From positions 96,678 to 160,677 of the forward strand of contig JBDIWC010000001.1 of assembly GCA_039794085.1 (NCBI GenBank): a stretch of 64,000 nt of DNA, read 5' to 3'. The translations under genes were made by a program, and so were the position numbers. Below are positions 9,058 through 18,218 of the stretch, piece by piece. The first letter of the stretch is position 1. The number at the start of each line of letters is the position of its first letter. Origin of the DNA: Gemmatimonadales bacterium (GTDB lineage Bacteria; Gemmatimonadota; Gemmatimonadetes; Gemmatimonadales; GWC2-71-9). The notes below the pieces were generated by a model, which was not told the DNA's origin, did not search any database, and saw only the letters and a program-made list of their open reading frames with translations.

Positions 9058-10290
9058 TCACCAGAGTCGTTGAACCACCGTGCCGGGAAAATAAGCCGAC
9101 AGGATCTCACGGTACCCGACCCCGGCCCGGGCCCGGCCCACGGCACCCCACTGACAGAGACCGACCCCGTGCCCCGCCCCGCCACCTTCGGCCACCAGGG
9201 CCACCAGACGATCCCCCTGGCGGGTGGATTGGAGCCGGAACGCGGAACTCCTCAGCGCGCCGCCACCGACTGGCCGCAGCACCTGCCGAACGGAGCGTGC
9301 ATCCACCTCCTCGGCCCCCCCCGCGAGCATGAACTGCAGCCGGGCCACCCGCCCCGATCCGGTCCGCTCCACCACCACGACGTCGCGCAGGTGTTCCGGG
9401 CGCACACGCGCTCCCCGTCCGTTGGGGAGCGTCTCCCTCAGGGTACCGGCGAGGGCCTCGCCCGTCCACGATTCCCTCCAGGTAAAGCGAGGTGAGATGA
9501 CGCACCACGCCGTGCCGGACGGGTCCACGTCGGACTGCGAGGGAAGATAGGCGTGACCCGCCGCCCCGGGGAAAACCTCTCCCCCCGCTGCGGTGCGACC
9601 GCCGCAGGTGGAAGAGAAGAAGGCATCGATCACCGCGCCCGCGAACATCAGCACCTCACCGCGGGTGCTCGCCACCGCACGGCGTCCCTGATCGAGTTCC
9701 GCCCCCACCCCCCCGTAGGCCTGGTCCTGCACCGTCGCCACCACATCATACCCCCGTACTCGGCTCCGGCCGAGGGCACGCACCGCCACGGTTCGGGACA
9801 CGACGGCCTGGGCAGTGAGGGCGGCCTCCTCCCTGGTGCCGCGGCGTCCCATTTCCGCATTCACAACGCCGGCCAGGTACGAGTCGATGTCCATCGCATT
9901 GACCACCGTCACGCCTCGGGCCCCCGGCAACACGGTGATCACCCCTCGATAGTCCCTCCCGTTCACCCGCACCAGCTCTTCCCCCTCGTCGGGAAGCACC
10001 GTGGGGTGCCCCACAGCCACCCGGCCTCCGTTCGGGGGCAGGAGAATCGTATTCCCGTCCCCCGCCTCCAATCGCACCGCGCGCCCGGCCGGGATCCGAA
10101 GAACCACCCGTCCGTCGGGTTCCCGAACGACGAGGGCTCCTCCGCCACCCACCTCGGCACTCCGGACATCCACCGCGAGCCCGACCCGGATCGTGGGGAC
10201 AGTGGGCGCCGCGGGAACCTCGCCCATTTCAATCCGGGCACAGGAACCGGCCAGCACACTCAGGAGGAGCACACCGACCGGGTGTCGCAC
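9058..10290 (-). CDS. SpoIID/LytB domain lipoprotein (lytic transglycosylase-like)
   Basis: GTG 10290, lipobox LAGSC; YL.GVV.AEM, AQAVVSRT, DQAYGG, GHGVGLCQWGA. Confidence 0.88.
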   Translation of the reverse strand: MRHPVGVLLLSVLAGSCARIEMGEVPAAPTVPTIRVGLAVDVRSAEVGGGGALVVREPDGRVVLRIPAGRAVRLEAGDGNTILLPPNGGRVAVGHPTVLPDEGEELVRVNGRDYRGVITVLPGARGVTVVNAMDIDSYLAGVVNAEMGRRGTREEAALTAQAVVSRTVAVRALGRSRVRGYDVVATVQDQAYGGVGAELDQGRRAVASTRGEVLMFAGAVIDAFFSSTCGGRTAAGGEVFPGAAGHAYLPSQSDVDPSGTAWCVISPRFTWRESWTGEALAGTLRETLPNGRGARVRPEHLRDVVVVERTGSGRVARLQFMLAGGAEEVDARSVRQVLRPVGGGALRSSAFRLQSTRQGDRLVALVAEGGGAGHGVGLCQWGAVGRARAGVGYREILSAYFPGTVVQRLW

Positions 10291-10291
10291 C

Positions 10292-10795
10292 CTAACCGCG
10301 GTAATTGCCGAACTGGAGCTCAATGCCGAAGTCCTCCCCCCGGAGGAAGGCGATGACGGACTGCAGCTCATCCCGGGACGGAGCGGTGACCCGAACTTCA
10401 TCGCCCTGGATGGCGGCCTGGACCTTCCGGAAACCCTGGTCCTTGATCGCGCGCACGATCTTCTTGGCGGTGTCAACGGGGATTCCCTGGGTCAGGGTTC
10501 CGGTCTGTCGCACGGACTGTCCCGCCGCCGGCTCCACGTCGCCCAGCACGAGGTTGCGGATCGGGACGCCGCGCTTGATGAGCCGGGATTGCAGCACATC
10601 CACGAGGGCGGTCAGGCGGTAGCTGTCGTCCGCCTCGAGCCGGATCGTGGCCTGGGCTCGATCAAAGTGAATGGAGCAGGCGGTGCCCTTGAAATCGTAG
10701 CGTTGCCCGATCTCTTTCATCGCCTGATTGACGGCGTTGTCGACCTCCTGGAGGTCGGCGCCGGTCGAGATGTCGAAGGAGGAGGGAGTGGCCAT
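10292..10795 (-). CDS. yajQ: YajQ family nucleotide/c-di-GMP-binding protein
   Basis: SFDIS...QEVDNAVNQ..KEI..RYDFKG, QGDEVRV, LQFGNYR. Confidence 0.95.
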   Translation of the reverse strand: MATPSSFDISTGADLQEVDNAVNQAMKEIGQRYDFKGTACSIHFDRAQATIRLEADDSYRLTALVDVLQSRLIKRGVPIRNLVLGDVEPAAGQSVRQTGTLTQGIPVDTAKKIVRAIKDQGFRKVQAAIQGDEVRVTAPSRDELQSVIAFLRGEDFGIELQFGNYRG

Positions 10796-10818
10796 GCCAC
10801 CAGAGTAACGACGGACCC

Positions 10819-11688
10819 CTAGGAGAGGAAGCTCTCCAGGGACTTGGCCCGGCTCACGTGCCGGAGGCGGTTCAGAGCCTTGTCCTTCACCTGGCGCACC
10901 CGCTCCCGCGTGATGCCGAGAAACCCCCCGATCTCCTCGAGGGTCATCGGTTCGGCACCGTCGATCCCGAAGTACAGCCGCAGCACCGTCGCTTCACGTT
11001 CCTTCAGCGTGGTGAGCACCTCCATGATCGACTGGGTCAGCGCGTGTTCGAAGGTCTCCGCGTCACTCCCGGCCCCCTGCGGATCGGGAAGGTAGTCCAC
11101 CAGGCGATTGTTCTCTCCCGGGGTCATCGGGGCATCGAGAGAGAGGTGGCTCTGGCTGATGGAGAGGGTTTTCTGCACTTCCTCGATCTCGATGTCCATC
11201 CCCTCGGCGATTTCCGCCGGGGTGGGTTCGCGTCCGAGCTCCTGCAGCAGGGCCGCCGAGCGCCGGGAGATCCGATGCAAGGTCCCGGCCCGGTTCAAGG
11301 GGACTCGCACGATGCGACTCTGCTCCGCCAGTGCCTGCAGGATCGCCTGGCGGATCCACCAGACGGCATAGCTGATAAACTTGATGTTCTTGGTTTCGTC
11401 GAACTTGTGGGCCGCCCGGATCAATCCCAGGTTCCCCTCGTTGATCAGGTCCGAAAGAGACACACCCTGGTTCTGGTACTTCTTGGCCACCGACACGACA
11501 AAACGGAGATTGCTGCGGACCAGGGTGTCCAGCGCCTCATCGTCCCCGGTCCGGATGCGCTGGGCCAGGGCGACTTCCTCCGACTGCGGAATCAGCGGAT
11601 ACTTGCTGATCTCCTGCAGGTACTGGTCAAGGGAACCGTCATCAGAGACGATGCCGGTTCGAGACTTCCCCACGTGAATGGGTCGCAT
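10819..11688 (-). CDS. RpoD/SigA-family sigma-70 factor (lacks region 1.1)
   Basis: NLRFVVSVAKKY, DLINEGNLGLIRAA.KFD, FISYAVWWIRQAI, TLEEIG..LGITRERVRQ. Confidence 0.93.
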   Translation of the reverse strand: MRPIHVGKSRTGIVSDDGSLDQYLQEISKYPLIPQSEEVALAQRIRTGDDEALDTLVRSNLRFVVSVAKKYQNQGVSLSDLINEGNLGLIRAAHKFDETKNIKFISYAVWWIRQAILQALAEQSRIVRVPLNRAGTLHRISRRSAALLQELGREPTPAEIAEGMDIEIEEVQKTLSISQSHLSLDAPMTPGENNRLVDYLPDPQGAGSDAETFEHALTQSIMEVLTTLKEREATVLRLYFGIDGAEPMTLEEIGGFLGITRERVRQVKDKALNRLRHVSRAKSLESFLS

Positions 11689-11798
11689 CGCTCGGACACC
11701 TCACAAGGCAGAAGCGGAGCTGGCAGATCCGGCCGCCGGGGCGGGACGACCGTTGCTCAAACCTTACCGAAACATCCCCGGCGGGGCAACCACCCCGC

Positions 11799-13286
11799 TC
11801 AATCGTAATTGTCGATCTGGGCCCGCTGCAAAGATCCCGAATAGTCGACGTATCCCACTTTCGTCTCGGAATAGAAATCGAACACTTCCCAGCCACCCTC
11901 CCGGTGCCCGTTCCCCGTTTCCTTGACGCCGCCAAAGGGAAGATGTGCCTCCGCCCCAATGGTCGGCGCATTCACGTATGTGATGCCGGTGTCGAGATCC
12001 TCCAGGGCCCGAAAGGCCAGGTTCACATCGCGGGTATAGATCGAACTGGACAGCCCGTACTTCACGCTGTTGGTGATCCGCACCGCGTCGGCGAAGGTGG
12101 TGAAGCGCAGCACGCTCAGGACCGGACCGAAGATTTCCTCTCGGGCCACCCGGTGGGTGGGACGCACACCCGCCAGGATGGTGGGACGGTGAAAGAACCC
12201 GTGTCGAAGTCGTGCCCCGCCGGGCCGCTTCCCGCCGAGAACACATTCCGCTCCCTCCTCGATCCCCCACGCAACATAACGCTCCACCTTTTCCCGGGCT
12301 GCCGCATGAATGAGGGGCCCCACCTGGGTTCGTGGCTGCCGCCCGTCACCCAGGACCAGGGAACCTGCCGCATCCACCAGGCGCCGGAGAAACCGGTCAT
12401 GCACCGTGCGATGCAGGAGAAGGCGGCTCGTGGCCGTACACCGCTGGCCCGTGGTGCCGAATGCTCCCCAGAGAACCCCATCGAGCGCCAGATCGAGATC
12501 GGCGTCCTCCATCACGATCATGGCGTTCTTTCCACCCATCTCCAGACTCAGACGCTTGTGCATCCGGCCACACGTCTCCCCGATGACGGCCCCCGTGGTG
12601 GTGGATCCGGTGAAGCTGATCACCGGCACCGCGGGATTCTCCACCAGGGCCTGCCCGGCCGCGGACCCTCCATGGACCAGTTGGATGACCTCCGGCGGGA
12701 GCCCCGCCTCGAGAAGGATCTCCACCAGCAAATGCGAGGTGTGCGGCACATCCTCCGAGGGTTTGAGAATGACGGCATTTCCGCACAGAAGGGCGGGGAA
12801 CATCTTCCACGTCGGGATCGCCATCGGGAAATTGAACGGAGTGATGAGACCGGCCACACCGATGGGACGCCGCCACGTCATGGCCCATTTCGACCGAAGC
12901 TCGCTCGGCACGGTGTGTCCGAACAGGCGTCGGCCTTCGGTCGCCGCGTAGTAGGCCGTGTCGATCGCCTCCTGCACATCACCCCGGGTTTCCGCCAGCA
13001 CCTTTCCCATCTCCCGAGTCATGGCCTCGGCGATCGACTCCTTCCGGGCCGTCAGCAGGTCCCCCACCCGGCGGAGAACGTCTCCGCGCGCGGGCGCCGG
13101 TGTCCGGGACCAGAGGGCAAATCCCCGTTGCGCGGCACGCACCGCGCGGGCCACGTCCTGCGGGCCCGAATCGGGGAATCGCCCGATCAGATCCCGGGTG
13201 TCGGCGGGATTGCGGTTTTCGAAGGTCGCGCCACTGGCGGCCGGTTCCCAGGCGCCGTCGATGAAGTTGTGATAGGTCTTTGCCAT
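11799..13286 (-). CDS. Aldehyde dehydrogenase family protein
   Basis: FTGS, LEMGGKN, GQRCTA, EEIFGPV, PFGGVKETG. Confidence 0.95.
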   Translation of the reverse strand: MAKTYHNFIDGAWEPAASGATFENRNPADTRDLIGRFPDSGPQDVARAVRAAQRGFALWSRTPAPARGDVLRRVGDLLTARKESIAEAMTREMGKVLAETRGDVQEAIDTAYYAATEGRRLFGHTVPSELRSKWAMTWRRPIGVAGLITPFNFPMAIPTWKMFPALLCGNAVILKPSEDVPHTSHLLVEILLEAGLPPEVIQLVHGGSAAGQALVENPAVPVISFTGSTTTGAVIGETCGRMHKRLSLEMGGKNAMIVMEDADLDLALDGVLWGAFGTTGQRCTATSRLLLHRTVHDRFLRRLVDAAGSLVLGDGRQPRTQVGPLIHAAAREKVERYVAWGIEEGAECVLGGKRPGGARLRHGFFHRPTILAGVRPTHRVAREEIFGPVLSVLRFTTFADAVRITNSVKYGLSSSIYTRDVNLAFRALEDLDTGITYVNAPTIGAEAHLPFGGVKETGNGHREGGWEVFDFYSETKVGYVDYSGSLQRAQIDNYD

Positions 13287-13333
13287 GCGTCGGTCAGCCG
13301 GGGTGGGGGAAAGAATGGGTCGCGTTGCGCAAT

Positions 13334-13362
13334 CTACGGAAAGTCCGAGTAATTGTCACCGC
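13334..13362 (-). promoter_or_regulatory. Putative sigma-70 promoter of the ALDH gene (approximate coordinates)
   Basis: Minus strand reads GTGACA-N17-TAGATT. Confidence 0.4.
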
Positions 13363-13563
13363 TCTCCCTTCCCCACTCGGCGCAGAGAAACCACGGACAC
13401 CCTCAATGGATCGGCGAGGGGTGCTGGAACCACTCGGGTACGAGTACGTGTACGGGGGAACACGGCCGTCCTTCAGGACCCGTCGTCGCAGGCACCGATC
13501 CCGGGCTTCAGCCCGGGGAGGCCCGGGGATGTCGGAGCGAGAGAGGAAAGGAATGACACCCGG

Positions 13564-14013
13564 TCAGGAGCAGAACCAGGATGCCGCCTCGCGAGCGTAA
13601 CCGATCCGCGGCAGGATCAGGAGCAGAGCCAGGATCACCCCCGTGAGCAGGGTCACGAGAGAGGCCACATGCGCCGCCCCGATCCGGCGACGCCACGACA
13701 CCACCGCGCTCCAGACCCCGGCCACCATCACCATGCCGATGGCCCCGGCGTGAATCATCAGCGGGAACCCACAGGGAGACGCGAAGGGCCACTGCACGAC
13801 CGAGATGGCGAGCGCCACTCCGAAGGCCGTGCGGGCCCAGGTGCCCAGAACCTCCTTCCGGGTCACCCCCCTCCGTTCCGGACCTGCCGCCAAAGCAGGC
13901 TTCCCGACCGGCCGGGATCCCGGCTTCGGGGGGACGGGTCGGGAGCCTCCCGGCTTCTCGATCAGACGGTCAATGTCCGCCAGTTCCTTGTCCCAGTCTC
14001 TCGGCTCTGCCAT
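13564..14013 (-). CDS. Hypothetical membrane protein
   Basis: MAEPRDWDKELADIDRL N-terminus, three hydrophobic segments; 2 bp downstream of the regulator. Confidence 0.7.
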   Translation of the reverse strand: MAEPRDWDKELADIDRLIEKPGGSRPVPPKPGSRPVGKPALAAGPERRGVTRKEVLGTWARTAFGVALAISVVQWPFASPCGFPLMIHAGAIGMVMVAGVWSAVVSWRRRIGAAHVASLVTLLTGVILALLLILPRIGYAREAASWFCS

Positions 14014-14015
14014 CC

Positions 14016-15407
14016 CTACTCCCGGGTCAGTCTGTAGCGCTCGATCTTCTTGTAGAGATTCGAGCGGGGCATGTCCAGTGCCCGCGCCGTTTCCGCCACG
14101 TTCCAGTCGTGCTCCCTCAGTTTCGACACCAGGTACGCCCGTTCCGCCTGTTGCTTGAACTCGTCAAATGTCGCCACTTCCAGAAGGGCGTCATTCCTCC
14201 TCCCACCCCCGCTCCCTGCCCCACCCTCAGAGACCCCGGATCCTTCCGGCAGGAGACGTTGCACATCCGCCGCGGTGATGACCTGGTCGGGCGCCAGGAT
14301 CAGGAGGCGCTCCACGGCGTTCCGGAGCTCGCGGACGTTGCCGGGCCAGAGCCGTTGGCGCAAATCGGCGATGGCCTCGGGCGCGAAGCGGCGTTCGCGG
14401 GCGCCCAACGCCACCAGCTGGGTGCGGAAGTGCTCCACGAGGAGGGGGATGTCCTCGCGCCGGGCCCGGAGCGGTGGCACTTCGATCGGGACCACGTTGA
14501 GTCGGTAGTAGAGATCCTCCCGGAAGCGACCCTCCGTGATCTCGGTCTCGATGTGCTTGTTGGTGGCGGCGAGGACACGCACGTCCACCCGGATCGGCTG
14601 GCTTCCCCCGATGCGGGTCACCAGTCCCTCCTGCAGGACCCGGAGCACCTTGGCCTGGGCGGCGAGGGACATGTCCCCCACCTCGTCGAGAAAGAGCGTC
14701 CCTCCATTCGCCAGTTCAAATTTCCCGGCATGGTCAGTCACCGCACCGGTGAAACTCCCCTTGACGTGCCCGAACAGCTCGCTCTCGATGAGTTCCGAGG
14801 GAATGGCTGCGCAGTTGACCTCGATGAACGGTGCGGCCGCCCGGGGGGAGGCATCGTGGAGCCCCTGCGCCACCAGTTCCTTCCCGCTCCCGTTCTCGCC
14901 GGTGATAAGGACCCGGGCCGGCGTCGGACCTACCCGGGCAATCACATCCAGGAGAACGCGAATGGCCTCGCTCTGGCCCACGATCCGCTGCGACCCGCGA
15001 ACCTCCTCCCGCAGTCGGGCATTCTCGGTGGCCAGCGCCGCCTGGGCCACCGCGTTTCGCACCGTCACCAGCACGCGATCCGCATCCAGCGGCTTCTCGA
15101 GAAAATCGAAGGCCCCTTCCCGTGCGGCCCTCACCGCGGTGGCGATGGTGCCATGACCGGAAATCATGATCACCCGTGCCGTGGGATCGAGTTGGCGCAC
15201 GCGGCCCAGGGTGTCGAGACCATCCAGTCCCGCCATCTTCACATCGAGCAGGACGACATCGGGGCGCAGCGTGGGATAATCGGTCAGGGCCTCTCCGCCC
15301 GAACCCGCCACATGCACCTCAAAGCCCTCGTACTCCAGGACCTGACGCACGGCCTCCCGGATGCCCGGCTCATCATCAACCACCAGAACGCGCGGCCTGG
15401 TGCTCAT
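14016..15407 (-). CDS. Sigma-54-dependent response regulator (NtrC/NtrX family)
   Basis: Receiver domain; GENGSGKE; ESELFGHVKGSFTGA; WPGNVRELRN; Fis-type HTH. Confidence 0.95.
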   Translation of the reverse strand: MSTRPRVLVVDDEPGIREAVRQVLEYEGFEVHVAGSGGEALTDYPTLRPDVVLLDVKMAGLDGLDTLGRVRQLDPTARVIMISGHGTIATAVRAAREGAFDFLEKPLDADRVLVTVRNAVAQAALATENARLREEVRGSQRIVGQSEAIRVLLDVIARVGPTPARVLITGENGSGKELVAQGLHDASPRAAAPFIEVNCAAIPSELIESELFGHVKGSFTGAVTDHAGKFELANGGTLFLDEVGDMSLAAQAKVLRVLQEGLVTRIGGSQPIRVDVRVLAATNKHIETEITEGRFREDLYYRLNVVPIEVPPLRARREDIPLLVEHFRTQLVALGARERRFAPEAIADLRQRLWPGNVRELRNAVERLLILAPDQVITAADVQRLLPEGSGVSEGGAGSGGGRRNDALLEVATFDEFKQQAERAYLVSKLREHDWNVAETARALDMPRSNLYKKIERYRLTRE

Positions 15408-15964
15408 CCGGTCAACATCACTTCGCTGCGCGCGACGTAGGAGGGAGCATGATTCCCGGTGGGGAGGACACTCTCGAAGAGCACAACCCGATCCGCGCGC
15501 ACCGCCGGAATCGGGGTGATCCCCTCGAGGTACTCGCGCGCGCCGGCGGGAAGCCGGTGCCCCTCCCGTACACGACCAAGGGTGATGTGCGGCTGGAAGG
15601 GGCGTCCTTCGGGAGGAAACCCGATCCGTTCCCCCCCCCTCTCGATGCGCTCCTGCAGCACTTCGAGTCCCGACTCGTGCACCAGATCGAGATGCAGAAC
15701 CCGGGGGCGCACCAGATCCGGAAACCCGCCGGCCCCCCGCACGCCGAGGGTGAACGGAGCCACTCCTGCAGCCGCAAACCCCACCATTTCAGCGATCGTT
15801 CCACAGCGCGCCGGAAGGACCTCGCCGAAGAACTTGAGCGTGACGTGCAAACCATCGGAACCGATCCACCGTACCGGCCACCCCAACGACACCAGGCGAT
15901 CGAGAACCGTTCGCACCTCACCGGCGGCGGGTTCGGGAATGGGGACCGCGGCAAAGAGGCGCAT
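15404..15964 (-). CDS. thpR: RNA 2',3'-cyclic phosphodiesterase
   Basis: MRLF.A start and two HxT motifs (LHVTLKF, PHITLGR). Confidence 0.92.
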   Translation of the reverse strand: MRLFAAVPIPEPAAGEVRTVLDRLVSLGWPVRWIGSDGLHVTLKFFGEVLPARCGTIAEMVGFAAAGVAPFTLGVRGAGGFPDLVRPRVLHLDLVHESGLEVLQERIERGGERIGFPPEGRPFQPHITLGRVREGHRLPAGAREYLEGITPIPAVRADRVVLFESVLPTGNHAPSYVARSEVMLTG

Positions 15965-15968
15965 CCAG

Positions 15969-16784
15969 TCACCCCACCCGCTGCAGAACCGGCAGGAGTG
16001 CTCCCCGCCGATATCCCCCCGGGTCCCTGATCACCGTCCGGAAGCCGAGATCCCCAAACGCCGTCACGATTCGGGACCAGGCCCCATCCACCGCATCGAA
16101 CTCCCGGGGAGAGACCTCGATCCGTGCCGAAAGGCCGAGGTGGCGCACCCGGAGGTCACCCGCGATCCCCACCCGGTCGCGGAGGAATGCCTCGGCCCTC
16201 TCGACTTGCCGCAGCCGCTCGACTGTCACGGGAAGCCCGTATTGCACCCGGCTCGCCAGGCAGGGCGCCGCGGGAGCGTCCCAGATCGGCAACCCGAGGC
16301 GGCGAGCCTCGGCTCGCACCATCGCCTTGGTCCACCCCAGATCGGCCAGGGGGCTCCGCACCCCGGCTTCCCGTCCCGCCTGCGTGCCCGGTCGGTGCTC
16401 CCCCGGCGCCAGATCCCCGGCGTGAGTCCCGTCCAGGACCCACGAATAGTTGCCCGCCACTCGGACGCGGTCGAGATGACGCCAGAGTGTGCGCTTGCAG
16501 AAGTAGCAACGATTCTCGGGATTGGACGCATAGCCTGGATCGTCGAGCTCATCGGTGGGGAGAGTCCGCAGCGGGAACCCGAACTGCGCAGCCACCTCCC
16601 GGGCCTGGGCGGTCTGCACCTCCGGCACCGCGGCGGAGAGTCCGAGCACCGCCACCATGTCGTCGGGCCCGAGCACCCGGTGGGCCACCACCGCGAGGAG
16701 AGCGCTGTCCACACCCCCCGAATAGCCGACCACGACCCGCCCATACCGGCGCAGCACCTGTTCGAGAAGGGGCACGGCATCCAT
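15969..16784 (-). CDS. larE: LarE-family ATP-dependent sulfur transferase
   Basis: PP-loop SGGVDS, NPENRCYFCK, RPG, PCLASR. Confidence 0.9.
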   Translation of the reverse strand: MDAVPLLEQVLRRYGRVVVGYSGGVDSALLAVVAHRVLGPDDMVAVLGLSAAVPEVQTAQAREVAAQFGFPLRTLPTDELDDPGYASNPENRCYFCKRTLWRHLDRVRVAGNYSWVLDGTHAGDLAPGEHRPGTQAGREAGVRSPLADLGWTKAMVRAEARRLGLPIWDAPAAPCLASRVQYGLPVTVERLRQVERAEAFLRDRVGIAGDLRVRHLGLSARIEVSPREFDAVDGAWSRIVTAFGDLGFRTVIRDPGGYRRGALLPVLQRVG

Positions 16785-16860
16785 GGACCAAACGTAACGC
16801 GGTTCACCGGCAACCGAAACGCCGGTTGACCCGGCCCCGCCTTCGCGACGAGGTTCCTCC

Positions 16861-17292
16861 ATGGATCATTCCGGCCAGGTCACCCTCGGTCCCGGTGTGC
16901 GGGTGGATCCCGACGAGTTGCGCTATGCCGCCACCCGCGCCGGGGGACCCGGAGGGCAGCATGTGAATCGCAGTGCCACCCGGATCGAACTGGTCTGGTC
17001 GGTGGCCGACAGCCCATCCCTCTCCCCCGGCACGCGGGACCTCCTGCTCGCCCGGCTCGACCCCCGGCTCGACGGCAGCGGCGCGGTCCGGATCGTGTCC
17101 GCGGACACTCGCAGCCAGTACCGGAACCGCCGCATCGCCCTCGATCGGCTCAAGGCCCTCGTGCGGGACGCCCTCGACATTCCCAGGCCCCGCAAGGCCA
17201 CCCGTCCCACGCGCGCCTCCATCGAGCGACGCCTCGCCGAGAAGCAGCACCGTGCGGAGCGGAAGCGGGACAGGAGAGATCCCGAGTGGTGA
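16861..17292 (+). CDS. arfB: Alternative ribosome rescue factor B
   Basis: GGPGGQHVNR, RSQYRNR, basic tail RKATRPTRASIERRL. Confidence 0.93.
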   Translation: MDHSGQVTLGPGVRVDPDELRYAATRAGGPGGQHVNRSATRIELVWSVADSPSLSPGTRDLLLARLDPRLDGSGAVRIVSADTRSQYRNRRIALDRLKALVRDALDIPRPRKATRPTRASIERRLAEKQHRAERKRDRRDPEW

Positions 17293-18218
17293 ACCAGGAT
17301 CCCGATCGGCCACTCCGGCTCCGACTCGTGGTGACCCTCCTGGCGCCGGTGACGGTCATGTCCGTAGCGGTGGCCTTCCGTCTCGGCGGGGGCGTCGCGT
17401 TTCTCGTCGTGATCCCTCTGGGGATCCTGGTCGGCCTCGGCCTCTCGGTACTTCTCTGGAAAACCATCAGCGGAGCCAGCCTGGCGTTCATCCGGACCCT
17501 CTTCAGCACCGGCGGCCCTCCTCCCCCTCCCCCCACGTCCCACATCGAAGCCCTCGAGGTCCGGGGGAGCTACGGTGAGGCCAGCCTCGCCTGGGCCGAC
17601 CACTGCGCCCGATACCCCCACGACACCCGCAGCCATCTGGCCTGGAGCCGACTCGTCTGGCGCCACGAGCGAGATTCGTCCCGCGCCATGGACATTGTCC
17701 TCTCCGCCCGGCGGGGAGCCCGATCACCCGACGACCAGGATGCCGTCTCCAATGCACTCCTCGATCTGTCGGAGGCCACGGGAGATCGGGGCCGGTGGAT
17801 GACGGAGCTGGCCCGGTTTGCGGCGCGCCACCCGGACGACCGGGCGGGCCACGCCGCACGGGACGCGTTGGCGCGGGCCCGCGCAGAGCACGGGGAGAAC
17901 TGGCGCTATTTCGGGACTCGCGAGGTCCTGGAGGCCCGCGCCTGGGCCGCCGAAGGAGGCATCGCGCTCCACGAGAATCTCTTCCCGTCGGGAGGACGAC
18001 GCACCGCGCATCTCCTGGCTCGCGATGAGTCCGCCCTGGTGGCCGCGGCCGTCTCCGTCGGCTGCGACCCCGCCTGGATCCAGCGAACCCGAACCCTCCA
18101 CTTCGACCTGGTCCATCCCATGCTGACCCGTGCGCTGCACAAGTGCGGCGTCGATCCGGTCGCGCCGCCGCGGCGCACGAGCCAACTCCCCCCGACAGAA
18201 CCGGCTACTGCACGGTGA
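17289..18218 (+). CDS. Membrane protein with helical middle region and C-terminal DUF4031-like domain
   Basis: Two N-terminal TM helices; C-terminus TAHLLA..E.AL...A..VG....WIQ.....HFDL. Confidence 0.55.
   Translation: MNQDPDRPLRLRLVVTLLAPVTVMSVAVAFRLGGGVAFLVVIPLGILVGLGLSVLLWKTISGASLAFIRTLFSTGGPPPPPPTSHIEALEVRGSYGEASLAWADHCARYPHDTRSHLAWSRLVWRHERDSSRAMDIVLSARRGARSPDDQDAVSNALLDLSEATGDRGRWMTELARFAARHPDDRAGHAARDALARARAEHGENWRYFGTREVLEARAWAAEGGIALHENLFPSGGRRTAHLLARDESALVAAAVSVGCDPAWIQRTRTLHFDLVHPMLTRALHKCGVDPVAPPRRTSQLPPTEPATAR

Noticed and set aside
13339..13350. GGAAAGTCCGAG resembling the RNase P RNA signature
   Set aside because: Other conserved RNase P motifs are absent and the space is too short; it lies in the ALDH promoter region.
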